Origin: Chiloscyllium plagiosum
Taxonomy: Eukaryota
NCBI RefSeq assembly: GCF_004010195.1
Contig: NC_057754.1
Location: forward strand, 13,174,224-13,238,223
Length of the DNA: 64,000 nt
Direction: 5' to 3'
Shown here piece after piece: positions 49,951-62,778 of this stretch. A model generated the notes under the pieces. The model saw nothing but the letters and a program-made list of their open reading frames with translations, did no database searches and was not told the DNA's origin. Both the position numbers and the translations under genes were made by a program. Every line of letters begins with the position of its first letter. Position 1 is the first letter of the stretch.

Positions 49951-51059
49951 AAGTCATTTTCAACTGATCATGTATTCAGCTGCATACAGAGGTTCCACCT
50001 GAATGATTGAAAAGAGCCAGACATTTCAATTGCAGGTTTCTGTCTTATATCTGATCTAAAACGGGATGTGAAAATAGACTCAGGTAAAGGTCAGTAGTTG
50101 TGTGGAGGAGAGATTTAAGCAGATACTTCATAACACTCATTAATGATTGACTTTGGTCAAAAGGAAGATGATGTGAAGATGTGAAGATGACATCCCCACC
50201 CCCCCCACCCCCACCCCATGATGCACAAAGCGCTGTGAAGGGTAACTAATCAATCACAAACTAACGAATTCAGGTTGGTGAGCTCTTGCATCGGCCACAT
50301 TTGGGAAGTTTATATTTGGAATCAGAAGCAGATTGGATAAAGTAAACTATAAAGAAAAATATTCCAAAACTGCCAAGAAATATGAAAAACTAAAATTATC
50401 CGTAAGAGTTTTTCCATATCAATTAAAAATAATGTGCGTGCGACTCTTGGAATAAAGGCAGGAAAGTATATGTGGGACACGTGGAGGATGTAACTGGGGA
50501 ACCGGTTTCAGGGAACAAGCAGAGAATTTAAAACAGTATTTTACATTGTTCCTCACAGGGGAAGTCACAAAGTAATTCAATAACATTAAAAAACCGCAGT
50601 CGGATGAAAGTTTTTGACCTGTCTCTAACAAAAGGAACTTTTTTTTAACAAACAGGTAAGAATAAGGGTAGACAGGTTAGCAGTAATTCGTAGCTGGTTT
50701 TAGAAGAAGTGATTACAGAGTGACTGGTGACACTGTGCGAAATGTTCCATAACTCTCTGGATTACAGGAGAGTTCCAGCGAAACTGGAGAACCTCTAATA
50801 TGGCGCCTGACTTCAAGAAAGGAGTGAGTCTTCATCTGTTTAGGTGCTTCCTTTGTCTGAATGGTGAAGTATATTTGAGAGGCTGAATGGTCTCATGATA
50901 TACTTCCATCTCGAGTGATTTAGAAAAAATCTTCTCCCTCCACTGATGTGTTACAAACTGGGGGACAGACATTTGCCTGAACCTGAGCATTCCAGTTACA
51001 GCATTTTCCAGAAGAATTTATAACCATGTCGGGGTATTGAGTAGGCGAGGGAGCGAGTA

Positions 51060-51470
51060 AGTGCTGCATGCAGCAGTGAGAGTGGTGGAGCATAGGCCTT
51101 ATTCGGGGGTTGGTGCTATAACAGATATACAGTGAGTGCGTGGGAGAAGAGAGAATATGGTGACCTTTGCCCTGACAGATTGGGGAAGGTTATTGTCGCT
51201 TGTCCTGTGTTGCTGGACATTTCTTCAGACTGCAGATACTGCACTGACCTGTGTGGTGAGCTCAGACAATGTTCGCTGGGTCTGGTTGTGCGGCTCCTCT
51301 GGGAAGAGAATGGTCCTCTTCTGTACCAGCTGATCCACCGTGTCCCTTTTGACAATCCGTGGTATAATTGTTCCTTATCTGCCATGCTCAGGGTAAATTG
51401 TGCAGGGCAGCTCTGAACTGAGAAAGCTCAACTGTGTGCCCATTGGCCATTTAAAAATGGCACCAGTGCT
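51060..51470 (-). pseudogene. Harbinger Myb/SANT exon 1 relic, paralog of 13170-13590
   Basis: Direct nucleotide similarity; starts MADK, followed by the same motifs. Confidence 0.75.
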
Positions 51471-51747
51471 CAATTTGTAAGCTCTGAACATTGTTCGATC
51501 TTGGATGGATTGCTGGCAGTACACTAGCAGTATACACCTGTATACGCAGTGTTTCATGATGAACAGATATCTCATCTTGCCTTATATGTGTCCGGGCTGG
51601 AACTGTGAGGACGAATGAGTATCCGACATAACTCCTGACATAACTGTCACTCCTCCAGCTCGGCCCAATCTACTGCCAAGCTCCATATTTCGGCAACATG
51701 TTGACCATTAAGTAATTAACCAAGCAAAGCATGAGTATCTGTTCCTC

Positions 51748-52260
51748 TGTTATGGACCAGATCAGATCCCCTCAAAGTACATGGAGAAGGTAATCTCGAC
51801 CCGAGTGTTTTCTTATTTTAAAGGTAAATGTGAGGTGCTGTGTTTCAGATACAATTCGATTGGTCAAAATATTCGACATTAAGAAAAACACAATCTAATC
51901 AAACACGGTAGACAAAACATAGCGAAAGCAAGAGGATCTTGGAATAACTTAATTCTTTTGGAAAACTTAACAGAATAATAAATTATTCAACCAACAGTAA
52001 CTGCTCCAATATAGTAACATCCCAGAAACACTCACATGTCGAAAAACAAAATCAAGAAACAGATTGTCTCACATGCAGTTCTCCAGTCCAGGAGGAAAGA
52101 ACATCAAAAACAATTCTGAGAGAAATCTCAGAGAGAGAGATAGTGTAGCAGCTGGGAGAGATTTACTGCCTTCCAACCCTGCTGAGACCCCAGCAATAAC
52201 TGACGAAAAGTAAAACTAAGAATCCTGGTTCTGGGAGAGTTTGACCATTACTCCACAGGT
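51748..52260 (-). mobile_element. LTR fragment
   Basis: Starts TGTTATGGACCAG; same family as 40504-41105. Confidence 0.75.
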
Positions 52261-52399
52261 CCAGGCCGTAGCTGCAAGGGCCACAAGGAACGGAGAGTAT
52301 CTACACCGATAATGGCATTGTCGTCGCCTCTCAAAAATGCCTAACCCCTCCTAAGCCATTAAATGATGGTCAGATATATGTCAAAGTTAAATATAACTA

Positions 52400-53230
52400 C
52401 ATAAACCAAAAGAGTGTAGCAGGCCTGGTGATCAGACACCAATGGCGTCATGTACCCAGCAATTCATACCCTGCCAAAACACAGTAGAATCATCTCTCGA
52501 GAAAGCATCATCTCCCTCCCTCACCTCTAACTGTGCAATTGGAGATGTACCATTCACCCAATGGTCAGTGCAAAGTGAGACAGTGCAAAGTAGTTTCACC
52601 TGACTAAACCCTGGCATGATGGTACCATGAGGAGAGAGAGCAATAACTATATGTTTAATCTGTCGCGCTGTGAGAGAATAAGAAGTTGAAACTTGATGGT
52701 TTTGCACGGACACTCATTACGTCCCAAACAGCTGAATAGGATGGAAATTCTGTATTTTTAACCGGATGATTGACTTCCGATAGTGCCCTCATGTCGATTG
52801 ACGGAGAGGTACAGACTCTGACTGAACTCTGAACACTTTAATGCACAATTACTGTGTGAAACTGCATTGAATGTCACTTTGTGCACAATCCTGTCAGCAG
52901 TCACAATACCTTCATTCTGAAACAGTTAACAATTCCGGACCGCCTTCTGACCTCCGTGGAGACCACGGGTCTGCTATATTGGAGATGGAGGACACCTTGG
53001 AGAATGGTTAAAAAAGTTGGCTTCATTCCTACTGCCAGAAAACCATGCTAAAGTTACACATATGTAAAATGAATAATGAAGCCACGAGGGACAAGATGGT
53101 GCAGTCTATCTGTTGGGTCCCTGCTCCATTTGTTTGTGAATTTGGAGCATCTCTGACACTTTCCTGTTCCTGGATTAGTGAGTTGAGAAGCTGAATCACT
53201 GTTTCCTGTTCCTCAGTAAGTAACTCCAGA
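52400..53230 (+). pseudogene. Harbinger transposase relic (paralog of 3440-4360)
   Basis: Peptides FNAQLLCE, PVSSHNTFILKQ, IGDGGHLGEWL and ATRDKMVQSI. Confidence 0.7.
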
Positions 53231-53994
53231 TGCAAAACACTCTCTTTCTGATCCCGTGTAAGTGAGGAAGTGTGCAGGTTCCTTCTCTTACTGTGAAATT
53301 GGCAAGAGGGACTGAATGAGCTTTCACACATCTTGTCAAATATGTTGATGGGATGAATGACTTCCACATATTCTTGTGAACACAGATTGAGGTGCCGAAT
53401 GAGCTGCACCTTTTACTGTGGAAATGTACAGTGCTGTTACATGAGTATTACCCAGACTCTACCAGCACGACATTGAATGGTGTCCAGTTCTTGGTGTACA
53501 TGGACACAGACTGCTTCAAGAGCTGAGGAAGGTCAACATGTTCTGAACGTCAGTGAATATCCCTAATTCTGCTCAGTTTGGACTCAATGGGCTGAATGGC
53601 CTCCTTCCACTCTATAAGGACTCCATGATGATAAAATGGAGATGCCTGGGCTGAGGGAGCTACCCTTAGGATCTCCTACAGAGATGTCCCACGGCTGAGA
53701 TGATTGATGCCCACCGATGATAAACATCTGCCTTGTGTTGTGACTGACTCCAAGCAGTGGAGAGGTCGCCATCAATTCACATTCAGTGCAATTTTCCTCA
53801 GATTCCTTGATGTCATTCTCGGTCTAATACTGCCTTGAGTTCAGGGCCAGTCCATCTGTCTAATCCGCTGTGTTTCCTCTTTTGTTCATATCAATGGGTC
53901 ATGGTGTAGAAGCAGAGAAAGTTTTCTTCAAACAGAGGGTAGTCAATGTCAGGAAATTCCTTACACAGAGAGTTAGGGGAGCTAGATCATTGAA

Positions 53995-54890
53995 AAGGAC
54001 CAGTGGTGTCTCACAGGGATCCGTTGTGAGATCTCTGCCCTTTCTGATTTTTGTAGCTGACTTGGATGAGGAAGTGGAAGGATGAGTTAGTAAGTTCACC
54101 GATGATACGAAAGTTTGTGAAGTGGTACATGGGTGTTTGGAGGGCTGTTGTAGGTTGCAACGGCACATTGACATAATTTAGAGCTGGGCTAAGAAGTGGC
54201 AGATGAAATTCAAACTGGTAAAGTGTGAAGTAATTCCCTTTGCAAGCTCACATTTGAATGCAGAATACAGGGTTACAGGCAGTGTGGAAGAACAGAGGGA
54301 TTTTGGCGTCCGTGTCCCTAGATCCCTCAAAGTTGATACTCAAATTGGTATGGTTGTTAAGAAGGCGAATGATGTGTAAGCTTTCATTAGCAGGAAGATT
54401 GACCTGAAGAGACGTGATGTTATGCTGCAGCTCTGTCGAGCCCTGGTTAGACCGAACCTGCAATATTGTGTTCAGATCTGGTCACCCCATTGTAGGAAGG
54501 ATGTGGAAGCTTTAAAAGGGTGCAGAGTAAATTTACTAGGATGCTGCCTAGACTGGAGGATAGGTTTTATGAAAAAAAGGTTGAGGAAGCTAGGGCTTTT
54601 CTCATTTGCGTGAAGGAGTATGAGAGGTGACTTGATAGAGGTGTAAAAGATGATGAGAGGCAAAGAGAGAATGAAGAGCCAGAGACCTTTGCCCCAGGGC
54701 AGAAATGTCTATCACGAGAGGTCATAATTTTAAGGTGATTAAAGGAAGGTTTGGGGGAGATATCTGCGGTAGGTTTGTTTTAACAAAGAGTGGTGGGTGT
54801 GTGGAATGCACTGCCAGCGGTGGTAGTTGAGTCAAATACGTGAGGAAAACTTAAGAGATTCTTGGATAGGCACATGGAAGAGAATTCTCT
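53995..54890 (+). mobile_element. CR1 ORF2 3' fragment
   Basis: Peptides SGVSQGSV, KFTDDTK and LVRPNLQYCVQIWSP. Confidence 0.9.
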
Positions 54891-54954
54891 GGGGAAGAGA
54901 ATTCCCACTTGAAAGGCCATTTTTAGAATTTCTTCTCATCGTTCTTATACAATC

Positions 54955-56270
54955 AGAGAGTCATACAACGTGCAAACAGATCCTTTATTCCAGCTTGCTC
55001 ACCCCGACCAGATATCCCAATCTGATCAAGTCTCATTTGCCCATATCGCTCTGAACCATTCCTATTGATGTACCTGTCCAGATATATTTAAACATGTTAT
55101 TGTACCCGCTTTCATCACGTTCTTTGGAAGCACTTTCCGTACATACACCACCCTCTGCATGAAAAAGTTATCCCTAAGGTCCCTTCTAAATCCTTCCTCC
55201 GTTACGTTCATCATATGCAGGCTAGTTCTGGACTATGAAAAAAGACCTTGGCCATTCAGACTATCCATACCCCTTATGATTTTATAAACCTCTGTAATGT
55301 CACCCCTCAGCATCCGATAGTCCAAGGGAGAAAAGCCTCAAACTGCTCATTCTCTCCCTGTAGATGAAACCTTCAGGTTCCAGAAAACCATTGTAAATCT
55401 TTCCTGCACCCTCTCAATCTTAACAACATCCTTTCTTTAGCAGCGCCAACCAAATTGTACACAGTATTCTTAAAGTAGCCTCACCAGCATCCTGTACAAG
55501 CGCAACATGTCACCCCAACACCTATACTCAATGTTCTTAGCAAATCAGGCAAGCATGCCAACCGCATTCTTCACCACCCTGTCTATCTGCAACTCGACTT
55601 TCAAGGAACTGTGAACCTGCACCCGTAGGTCTGTTTTTTCAGTAACACACCCCAGGGCATGACCTTGCTTTAACTTAACAAAATGCAAAACCTCACAAAT
55701 ATCTAAATTATCTGCGAATCTGTGGTCCTTTCATGATCAACGGTACCGTTGTACTCTGAAATAATCTTCTTCACTGTCCACTGCACCATGTTTTTGATTT
55801 TATCTGTGAACTTTCTAAGCATGCCTCCAATATTTACATCCAAGTCGTTCATACATATATGATGAAAGGAAGTGAGCTCAGCACTGATTTTTTTTTTTAG
55901 CACACCGGTGGCGACAGGCCTCCAGTCTGGAAAACAATCCGCTACCTTCAAGACAATTTTGTATCCAATTAGTTAGCTTTCCCTGGATTCCATGCGACCT
56001 AACTTTAATAATCTGTCTACGATAGGGAACCTCATTAGACGCCTTGCTGAAGTCTGTGAAAACAATACATATGACAGAACATTCTTCAATCTTCTTTGTC
56101 ACCTCTTCAAAATACTCAATCATATTAATGAGATATGATTTCCATACACAAAGCCACGTTGGCTATCCCCAATCAGTCCTTATCTTTCTAAATGGATGTA
56201 AGTCCTATCCTTCAGAACTCCCTTCAACAAACTCCTCTACACTGACGTTAGGCTGACTGAGTCGATAATT
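54955..56270 (-). mobile_element. CR1 ORF2 3' fragment (paralog of 6640-7760)
   Basis: Peptide IEYFEEVTKKIE..FTDFSKASNEVP. Confidence 0.88.
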
Positions 56271-56274
56271 TCCG

Positions 56275-59200
56275 GTGTTTTTGGATCGCTGTTCCCTTTT
56301 CTAGTCCCACTCCTCCACTGGCCACAAAAACATAACTAGGTTGGTGATATGGCCAATGATAATGTTCTCAGAGTGTGTCAGGATCCGTGTTACGAACAAG
56401 TCAGGCAGATTTCTTTAATCTGCTAAAACAACACGTTTATGACCAAAACAAAATTACTCAAACTATGATGGAAAGACAAACGACGAGAGGATATTGCAAA
56501 TATTTACATTGATATTTCCCTTTTAAAAATAACGTGGAACACACATATTCTCTCTCTCTCTCACACACACACACAGACACACACACACACGTTTGACAAC
56601 AAACTGAAAAGCAAAATATCTGCAGCGTTTTCTTGACAGAACTTTGTCCAAATAGTCGTCGAACTCATGCCAAAAGGAAATATAAGAGTTTGGCCCAAAT
56701 GCTGTTCTATTTGTAGAGTCATCAAGTCATACAGCATGAACTGAGGCCATTTTGCCCAAACCGATCCATGCTGACCCAAATGTCCATCCACACTAACTCC
56801 ATTTCCCAGCACTTGGCCCATAGCCTTCTTGTCCTTTCCTGTCCATGTACTTGTCCAAATGCCGTTTAAATATTGTTAATATAAATGATTCAACCACTTC
56901 CGCTGGCAGCTTATTCTCTTTGTGTATCATTCTCTGCGTAAAACAGTTTCCATCAGTTTCCCTTTTATTCTTTCCCCTCTCACCTTAAACTGATCCTCCC
57001 TCGTCCTCAAAGAAAAGTCTGAGTCAATTCACCCTATCCATGCCTCTCATAATCTTGTACACTTCTATAATATCCCCCTCAGCCTCCTACACTCGAAAGA
57101 AAATAGTCCTCGCTTGTCCAACCCCTCCCTATATATCATACTGTTGAGTCCTGGCAACATCTTTGTAATTTCCGTCTGCACACATTCCAGTTTAGAAACA
57201 TCATTCGGAATGCAATGTGACCAAAACTGAACACAACACTACAAGTGCAGCCTCACCAACATCCTGTATAACTACAACATAGCTTCCCAACTTCTCTCCT
57301 CCATGTCCTGACCGATGACTGCTAGTGTGCCAAAAGCGTTCTTCACTGCCAGTGTCTACCCGTGACGCCACTTTCAGAGAGCGGTGAACCTGAACTCCAT
57401 GGTCCCTCTGCTCAACTACACTCCTTAAGACCCGACCATTCACCATGAAACTCCTACCTTGATCTGACTTTGCAAACATATTCTTCGGCCCACTTCTCCA
57501 GTTTGATCAAGGTCCTGCTGCAATTTCTGATAATCTTGCTCACTGTCCACGATGCCACCTATTTTAATGTCATCTTCAAATTTACTAATTATGCCTTGTA
57601 CATTCTCAAGAATATCATTGATATAGATAATAAACAAAAATGGACCCAGCACTGACCTCTGAGGCACTGCATGTGTCACAGGCCTCCAGTCCGAGAGCAT
57701 CCTTCCATTATTACCCACTGCTTACTACCATCAAGCCAATTGTGTATCCAATTTGCCAGCTCCCTCTGGATTCCATGCGATTCTAACCTTCCAGACCAGC
57801 ATATCAATGGTAACTTTGTCAAAGGCCTGACTGAAAACCATATAGACTATGTCTACTGCTCAGCCCACATTGACATTCCTGGACATTTCATCAAAGAAAT
57901 CAAACAAATTTGTGAGGCATGATCTCCCACTCACAAAGCCATGCAATCTTTCCAGTCTAAAATCACCTATTAATAATTATTATTTAAATTAATAATAACA
58001 AACAATAATAAATAATAATAATATGACATTATCAGTGGAGAATAAATACCACGGTATGTGGTAATGGAACTTGCATCATGGGTGAAGGGCAGAATAGATT
58101 TTGTACCTATGTCATTGAACTATGTTGACAAAAAGCAAGGTTGGCATGGTGGCTCAGTGGTTTGCACTGCTGCTTCATAGTGCCATGGATCTAGGCTTGA
58201 TTCCAGCTGCGGGTGACTCTGTGTGGAGTTTGCACATTCTCCCTGTGTTTATGTGCGTTTCCTCTGGGTGCTCCATTTTCCTCTCATAATCCAAAGATGC
58301 ACAAGTCAGATGAATTAGCCATACTAAGTTAACCATAGAGTTGTGTGCACTGTCAGGGGTAAACATAGGGTGGGGGAATGGGACAGGGTTGGTTACTGTT
58401 TGTAGTGTCGGTGTGGCCTTTTTGGGCCAAGTGCCCTGTTTACAAACTGTAAGGAATCTGAAAAAAACTATTTCTAATCTAAAGCTGTCTTTCCAAATGC
58501 ACGTACATCTTCTCCCTCGGAGTCTTCTCAAGTAACCTACCTACCACAGATGTTAGGCTTCCTGGTCTATAGTTACCAGATTATTCTTTGCTTCCCTTCT
58601 TCAATAATGGCACAACATTTGCTACGCTCCAATATTCTGGACCTTAACCTGTGGCTAACGATGATGCAAAACTGTCAACCAGGGTCCCCATAGTTTCTTC
58701 TGTAGCCTCTTGCAGTGTTCTTGGAAGCATCTGTTTAGGAACAGGAGATTTAACCACCTTCGTACATTTTAATGCATGCAACAAGTCATCTTATGTGATA
58801 TTGACGAACACAAGATATCACCACGACCTTTGTTAAGCTCCAAAGTCTTATGTATTTCTCCACGGTAAAGACACAGGATAAATATTCATTGAGAATCTCA
58901 CACATCTCCTATAGTTCTAGACATGCGTGCTCACTTTGGACCTTGAGTGGTCATATTCTCATCTGGTTATTCTTTTTTACTTTAATATACTTAAAGAACC
59001 CCTTTGGATTCACCCAAATCTTCTCAGCCAAGGCTATCTTGTGCCCCCTTTTCACCCTCCTGAGTGAATTCCCTCGATCCCAGCTGCATGGACCTGAGCC
59101 ACGCCGCCTTTTTGCTGGTCAAAACCTCAATATCTCCTAACATCCAGGGTTCCCTATTCCTGCTAACCTTGCCTTTTACCTCAAAGGAACATATAGTCCT

Positions 59201-60733
59201 TGAACGCTAGACATTTCACTTTTAAAGGACTCACACTTGCAGGAGGTCCCTTCGGCTGCAAACAAATTCCTCCAATCAACCCATACAAGCTCCTGTCTAA
59301 TTCCATATAAATTCGTCTTGCCCCACCTTAGAACTTGAACATGTGGACCAATTTTGTCCTTCTCCATAACTATTTAAAAACTAATACAACTATGGTCACT
59401 GGTCCCACAGTGCTCCCTCACTGCCACCTTATTCACCTGTCCTGCCCTAGTTCTTAGAGTAGGTCAAGATTCGTCCCTTCCCGAGTTGCACCCTCTACAT
59501 ACTACTTGAGTAAAACTTTCTGAACAAACTTAATAGATACACCCCATCTCAGCCCTTAATTCTATGTCATTCTCAATCTATGAACGCCCTGGGTTCATCG
59601 GTCCTACCTGTCCGCCATTCTTGCATTGAAACAGATGCAATTTAATCCAACAGACATTCCTTGCTCCCTATCGTGTTCCAGCCTGACCTGTCCCTTCACT
59701 TTACTGTTTCTGATTACTGTATCTCCTTCCAGCCTCGCATTTGCCTCCCTGCTGTTGGGGATCCCATCCCTCTCCAACCCCAGCCAATCTAGTTGAAATC
59801 CTCCCTCACAGAACTAGCAAACCTGCCTGCAAGAATATTGGTCCCCTTCCAGTCCAGGTACAACCCGCCCTTCCTGAACAGGTCACCTCTGCCCCACAAA
59901 CGATCCCAGTGATCCAAAACTCTCTGCGCCCTGCATCAATTCTTTAGCCACACATTCAGCTGCCATATCCTCCTGTTCTTACCATCACGAGCACGGAGCC
60001 CTGAAAGTCAACCGGATATTACCCACTGTCGTGGACTTGTATTTTACCCGTTTTTCCTATCTCTCTATAATCATTAACGGAGGACCTCATCACTATTTCT
60101 GCCTGTTTCATTTTCACCAACGTGCACAATGAATTCTGGCTGCTCCTCCATCCCGGTGAGAACGTTCTGCAGCCACTCTGAGACATCCTGGATCCTGGCA
60201 CGGAGGACGCTGTACACCATCCCGGATTCCCATTTGCAGCCACAGAATCTCTTGTCTGTTCCCCTCACTATCGAGTCTGGGTAATTATTTCTGAAGTTAT
60301 TCTGCTCACATAATCTTCTGACAATGGGATTTCTTCCCGAAACAGTTGGATTTAGCTGAATTACTTTGCTTTAGGCAGTGGGAGAGATTCCAATGAATCC
60401 TCATCAGGAATCCTCCATGAGTGGGAAAGACGACTAGGCCTTTTTTGCACTCCCACACATTGCTGTGTTTAGCGATAGGGAAACAGAAAGGGAGCAATAG
60501 ACTGTTCCTTCACCGACAGGCTACGTTATCCATCTGTACGTTAAATCAGTAACATTATCAGACCCCAAACTGGACCATGTGAGCTCGCCTTGAACATTGT
60601 CTGAACTATGTGACTCCATCACATTCTCGACTCCAGGTCAGTGCATTATTGCTGTTGTCGTACACAGAATCAATACATTAACAATAAATTACCCTATTTG
60701 TTTTGAAGATGTGTTAGTATGTGCCTGCATAGT
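56275..60733 (-). pseudogene. MHC-like pseudogene copy 2: exon 60733-60310 and truncated C1-Ig exon 56419-~56275
   Basis: Acceptor TTATTTTTAG (AG at 60735-60734), donor GTGAGC (60309-60304), acceptor GTTTTAGCAG. Peptides HIFKTNRVIYC..WSRECDG, VQGELTWSSLGSDNVTDLTYRW and RNLPDLFVTRILTHSENIIIGHITNLV. Confidence 0.5.
56715..60285 (-). mobile_element. Long CR1 LINE (ORF1 esterase remnant plus ORF2) inserted in the pseudogene intron; contains a SINE at ~58140-58470
   Basis: ORF1 SGNH-like peptide ARIQDVSEWLQNVL..PEFIVHVGENETGR; RT peptide VPQRSVLGPFLFIIYIND..SKFEDDIK. Flanks TATTTGT/TATTTCT; absent from the 271-bp paralogous intron 7911-8181. Confidence 0.9.
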
Positions 60734-61451
60734 CTAAAAATAAGCGTTTTATGTCTTCACAATATCTGTGCTAAGATGAATATGTTTTATTCTTAAACAG
60801 ATACAGAAATTGCTGGAAAAGCTCAGCCTATCTGGCAACATGTATGGAGAGAAATCAGAGTTCAATCTTTCGGTTCAATGACCTCTCCTTTGAACGTTTC
60901 TTATTTTTAAATTATTTCCCCAGTTTTATTCTCCCACACAAGAAGAAATATCCATCCGGTATTCACCAACTACACTCTTCTCGAGATCTTATATGATCAA
61001 TAAAACATCCCTTATTCTCAGACCGAACTGTTAATTCTTCATAATGGAATGCCTTCATCCCAAGAATGAGTAAAGTGAAACATCTTTGAAACGTTTCGTA
61101 AGCATTTTTTTTTTCAGTTTAAGCAATTATAACTACACATAATACATCAGATGTTATCTTAGCAATGCGCTGTACTGATGCAAAAAAAAATCGCTAAGAT
61201 CATACCCAACACCCCTTGCATGAAACAGAATAATTCAATTTCCCTTCCAAATCACTTGCAACATCTTCAGAGTAATTTGATGTGATTCATGTACTAAGAC
61301 AAATAAATCCCTCTGTACCACTGTGCTCTGCATTCTCCTTGCTGTGAAATAATTTTCTGCTGTTTTGTCTTTTCCACAAAACAAAAGTTCCCATCACCTA
61401 CATTGTACTGATTCTTTTTTTTTGCTGAAGGTTTGCTCACAGCCGTCTTCT

Positions 61452-62778
61452 GACTGTATGCCATTGCAGACGCCCTGGTCTCCCCCTCTCTGTATCCCAT
61501 TGCAGATGCGCTGTCCTTCCCCTGCCTGTATCCCATTGTAGACTTCCTGCCGCCCCCGTTTGTATCCCATTGCAAATGCTCTGCCCTCCCCCTGTCTGTA
61601 TCCCAATGCAGACGCTATTCCCCAATCCTGTCAGTATTCCATTGTAAACGGTCTGCCGACCACTGTCTGTATCCCATTGCAGATGATCTGCCCTCCTCAT
61701 CTGTATCACATTGCAGACGCTCTGTCGTCCCCCATCTGTATCCCGTTGCAGATGCTCTGCTCTCCCCCTGTATGTATCCCATTGTAGACGCGCTGCCCTT
61801 CCCCAGTCTTTATCCCATTGAAGACGCTACGTCCTCTAATCCCATTGCAGATGCTATGCTCTCCAATGTCGGTATCACATTGCGGACGATATGCCCTCCC
61901 CTGTATGTATCCCATTGCAACCACTCTGCCATTCCCGGGTCTATCCCATTGCAAACTCTCTGCACTTCCCCATTGTATCCCATTTCAGACGCTCTGTCCT
62001 CTACTGTCTGTTCCCCATTGCAGTCACCCTGCCCTCCCCTGTCTGTCTCCCATTAAAGACGCTATGGCATCCAATGCCTATATCCCAATGCAGACGCTAT
62101 ACCCTCCAATTTCGGTATCTCATTGCAAACGATATGCCCTTCCCCTGTCTGTCTCCCATTGCAGACGCTATGGCATCCAATGTTTATAGCCCATTGCAGA
62201 TGCTATACCCTCCAATGTCGGTATCTCAATGCAAACGATATGCCCTCCCCCTGTCTGTATCCCATTGCAGAAGCTGTGCCCTCTAATGTCTGTATCCCAT
62301 TGCAGACGTCCTGCCCTCCACCGTCTATATCCAATTGCAGATGCCCTGCCCACACCTCTCTGTATCCCATTGCAGACGCGCTGCCCAGCCCGTCTGTATC
62401 ACATTGCAGACGCTCTGCCCTCCCCGTCTGTATCCCATTGCAGACGCTCTGCCCTGCTCCTGCTTGTCTCCCATTGCAGTCACCCTGCCCTCCCCCTGCC
62501 TGTATCCCATTGCAGACGATTTGCCCTCCCCCGTTTGCTTCCCATTGCAAATACTCTGCCCTGCCCCGTCTGTCTCCCATTGCAATCACCCTGCCCTCCC
62601 CCTGCCTGTATTCCATTGCAGACGATTTGCCCACCCCCGTGTGTATCCCATTGCAGATGCCCTGCCCTCCCCGTCTGTATTTCATTGCAGACGCACTGCC
62701 ATTCCCCAGTCTGTATCCCATTGCAGTTGCTCTACCCTCCCCCTGTCTGTTTCCCATTGCAGGCGGTCTGTTTCCATT
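61452..62778. repeat. ~36-bp minisatellite, roughly 35 copies
   Basis: Consensus CTGTATCCCATTGCAGACGCTCTGCCCTCCCC(C)GT. Confidence 0.97.

Larger units (their letters stand above)
46056..50655 (+). pseudogene. MHC class II alpha-architecture pseudogene: leader 46056-46155, alpha1 48033-48333, C1-Ig 49990-50277, TM/CY 50559-50655
   Basis: Kozak GCGATGG and a 33-codon hydrophobic leader with phase-1 donor. AG/GT-bounded exons of 301, 288 and 97 bp. Motifs NSHNTILC..EDSKSFTVDL.K..NHC.AFL, EVPPE..FCLISD..MHKAL and TAVG..GTFF. Many stops and frameshifts. Confidence 0.6.

Noticed and set aside
56545..56590. (CT)n(CA)n and similar microsatellites (also ~8030, ~22160, ~47630)
   Set aside because: Ordinary simple repeats.
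60440..60500. CD4/LAG-3-like V/C2 domain reading (HSNVWEC as a WxC motif)
   Set aside because: The motif is absent in the paralog (HSNVCEL), and alternative frames fit an MHC alpha2-like pattern better. Not fully excluded.
61452..62778. CRISPR-like array (conserved core plus variable spacers)
   Set aside because: The variable parts are homologous to each other, there are no cas genes, and the context is vertebrate: it is a minisatellite.
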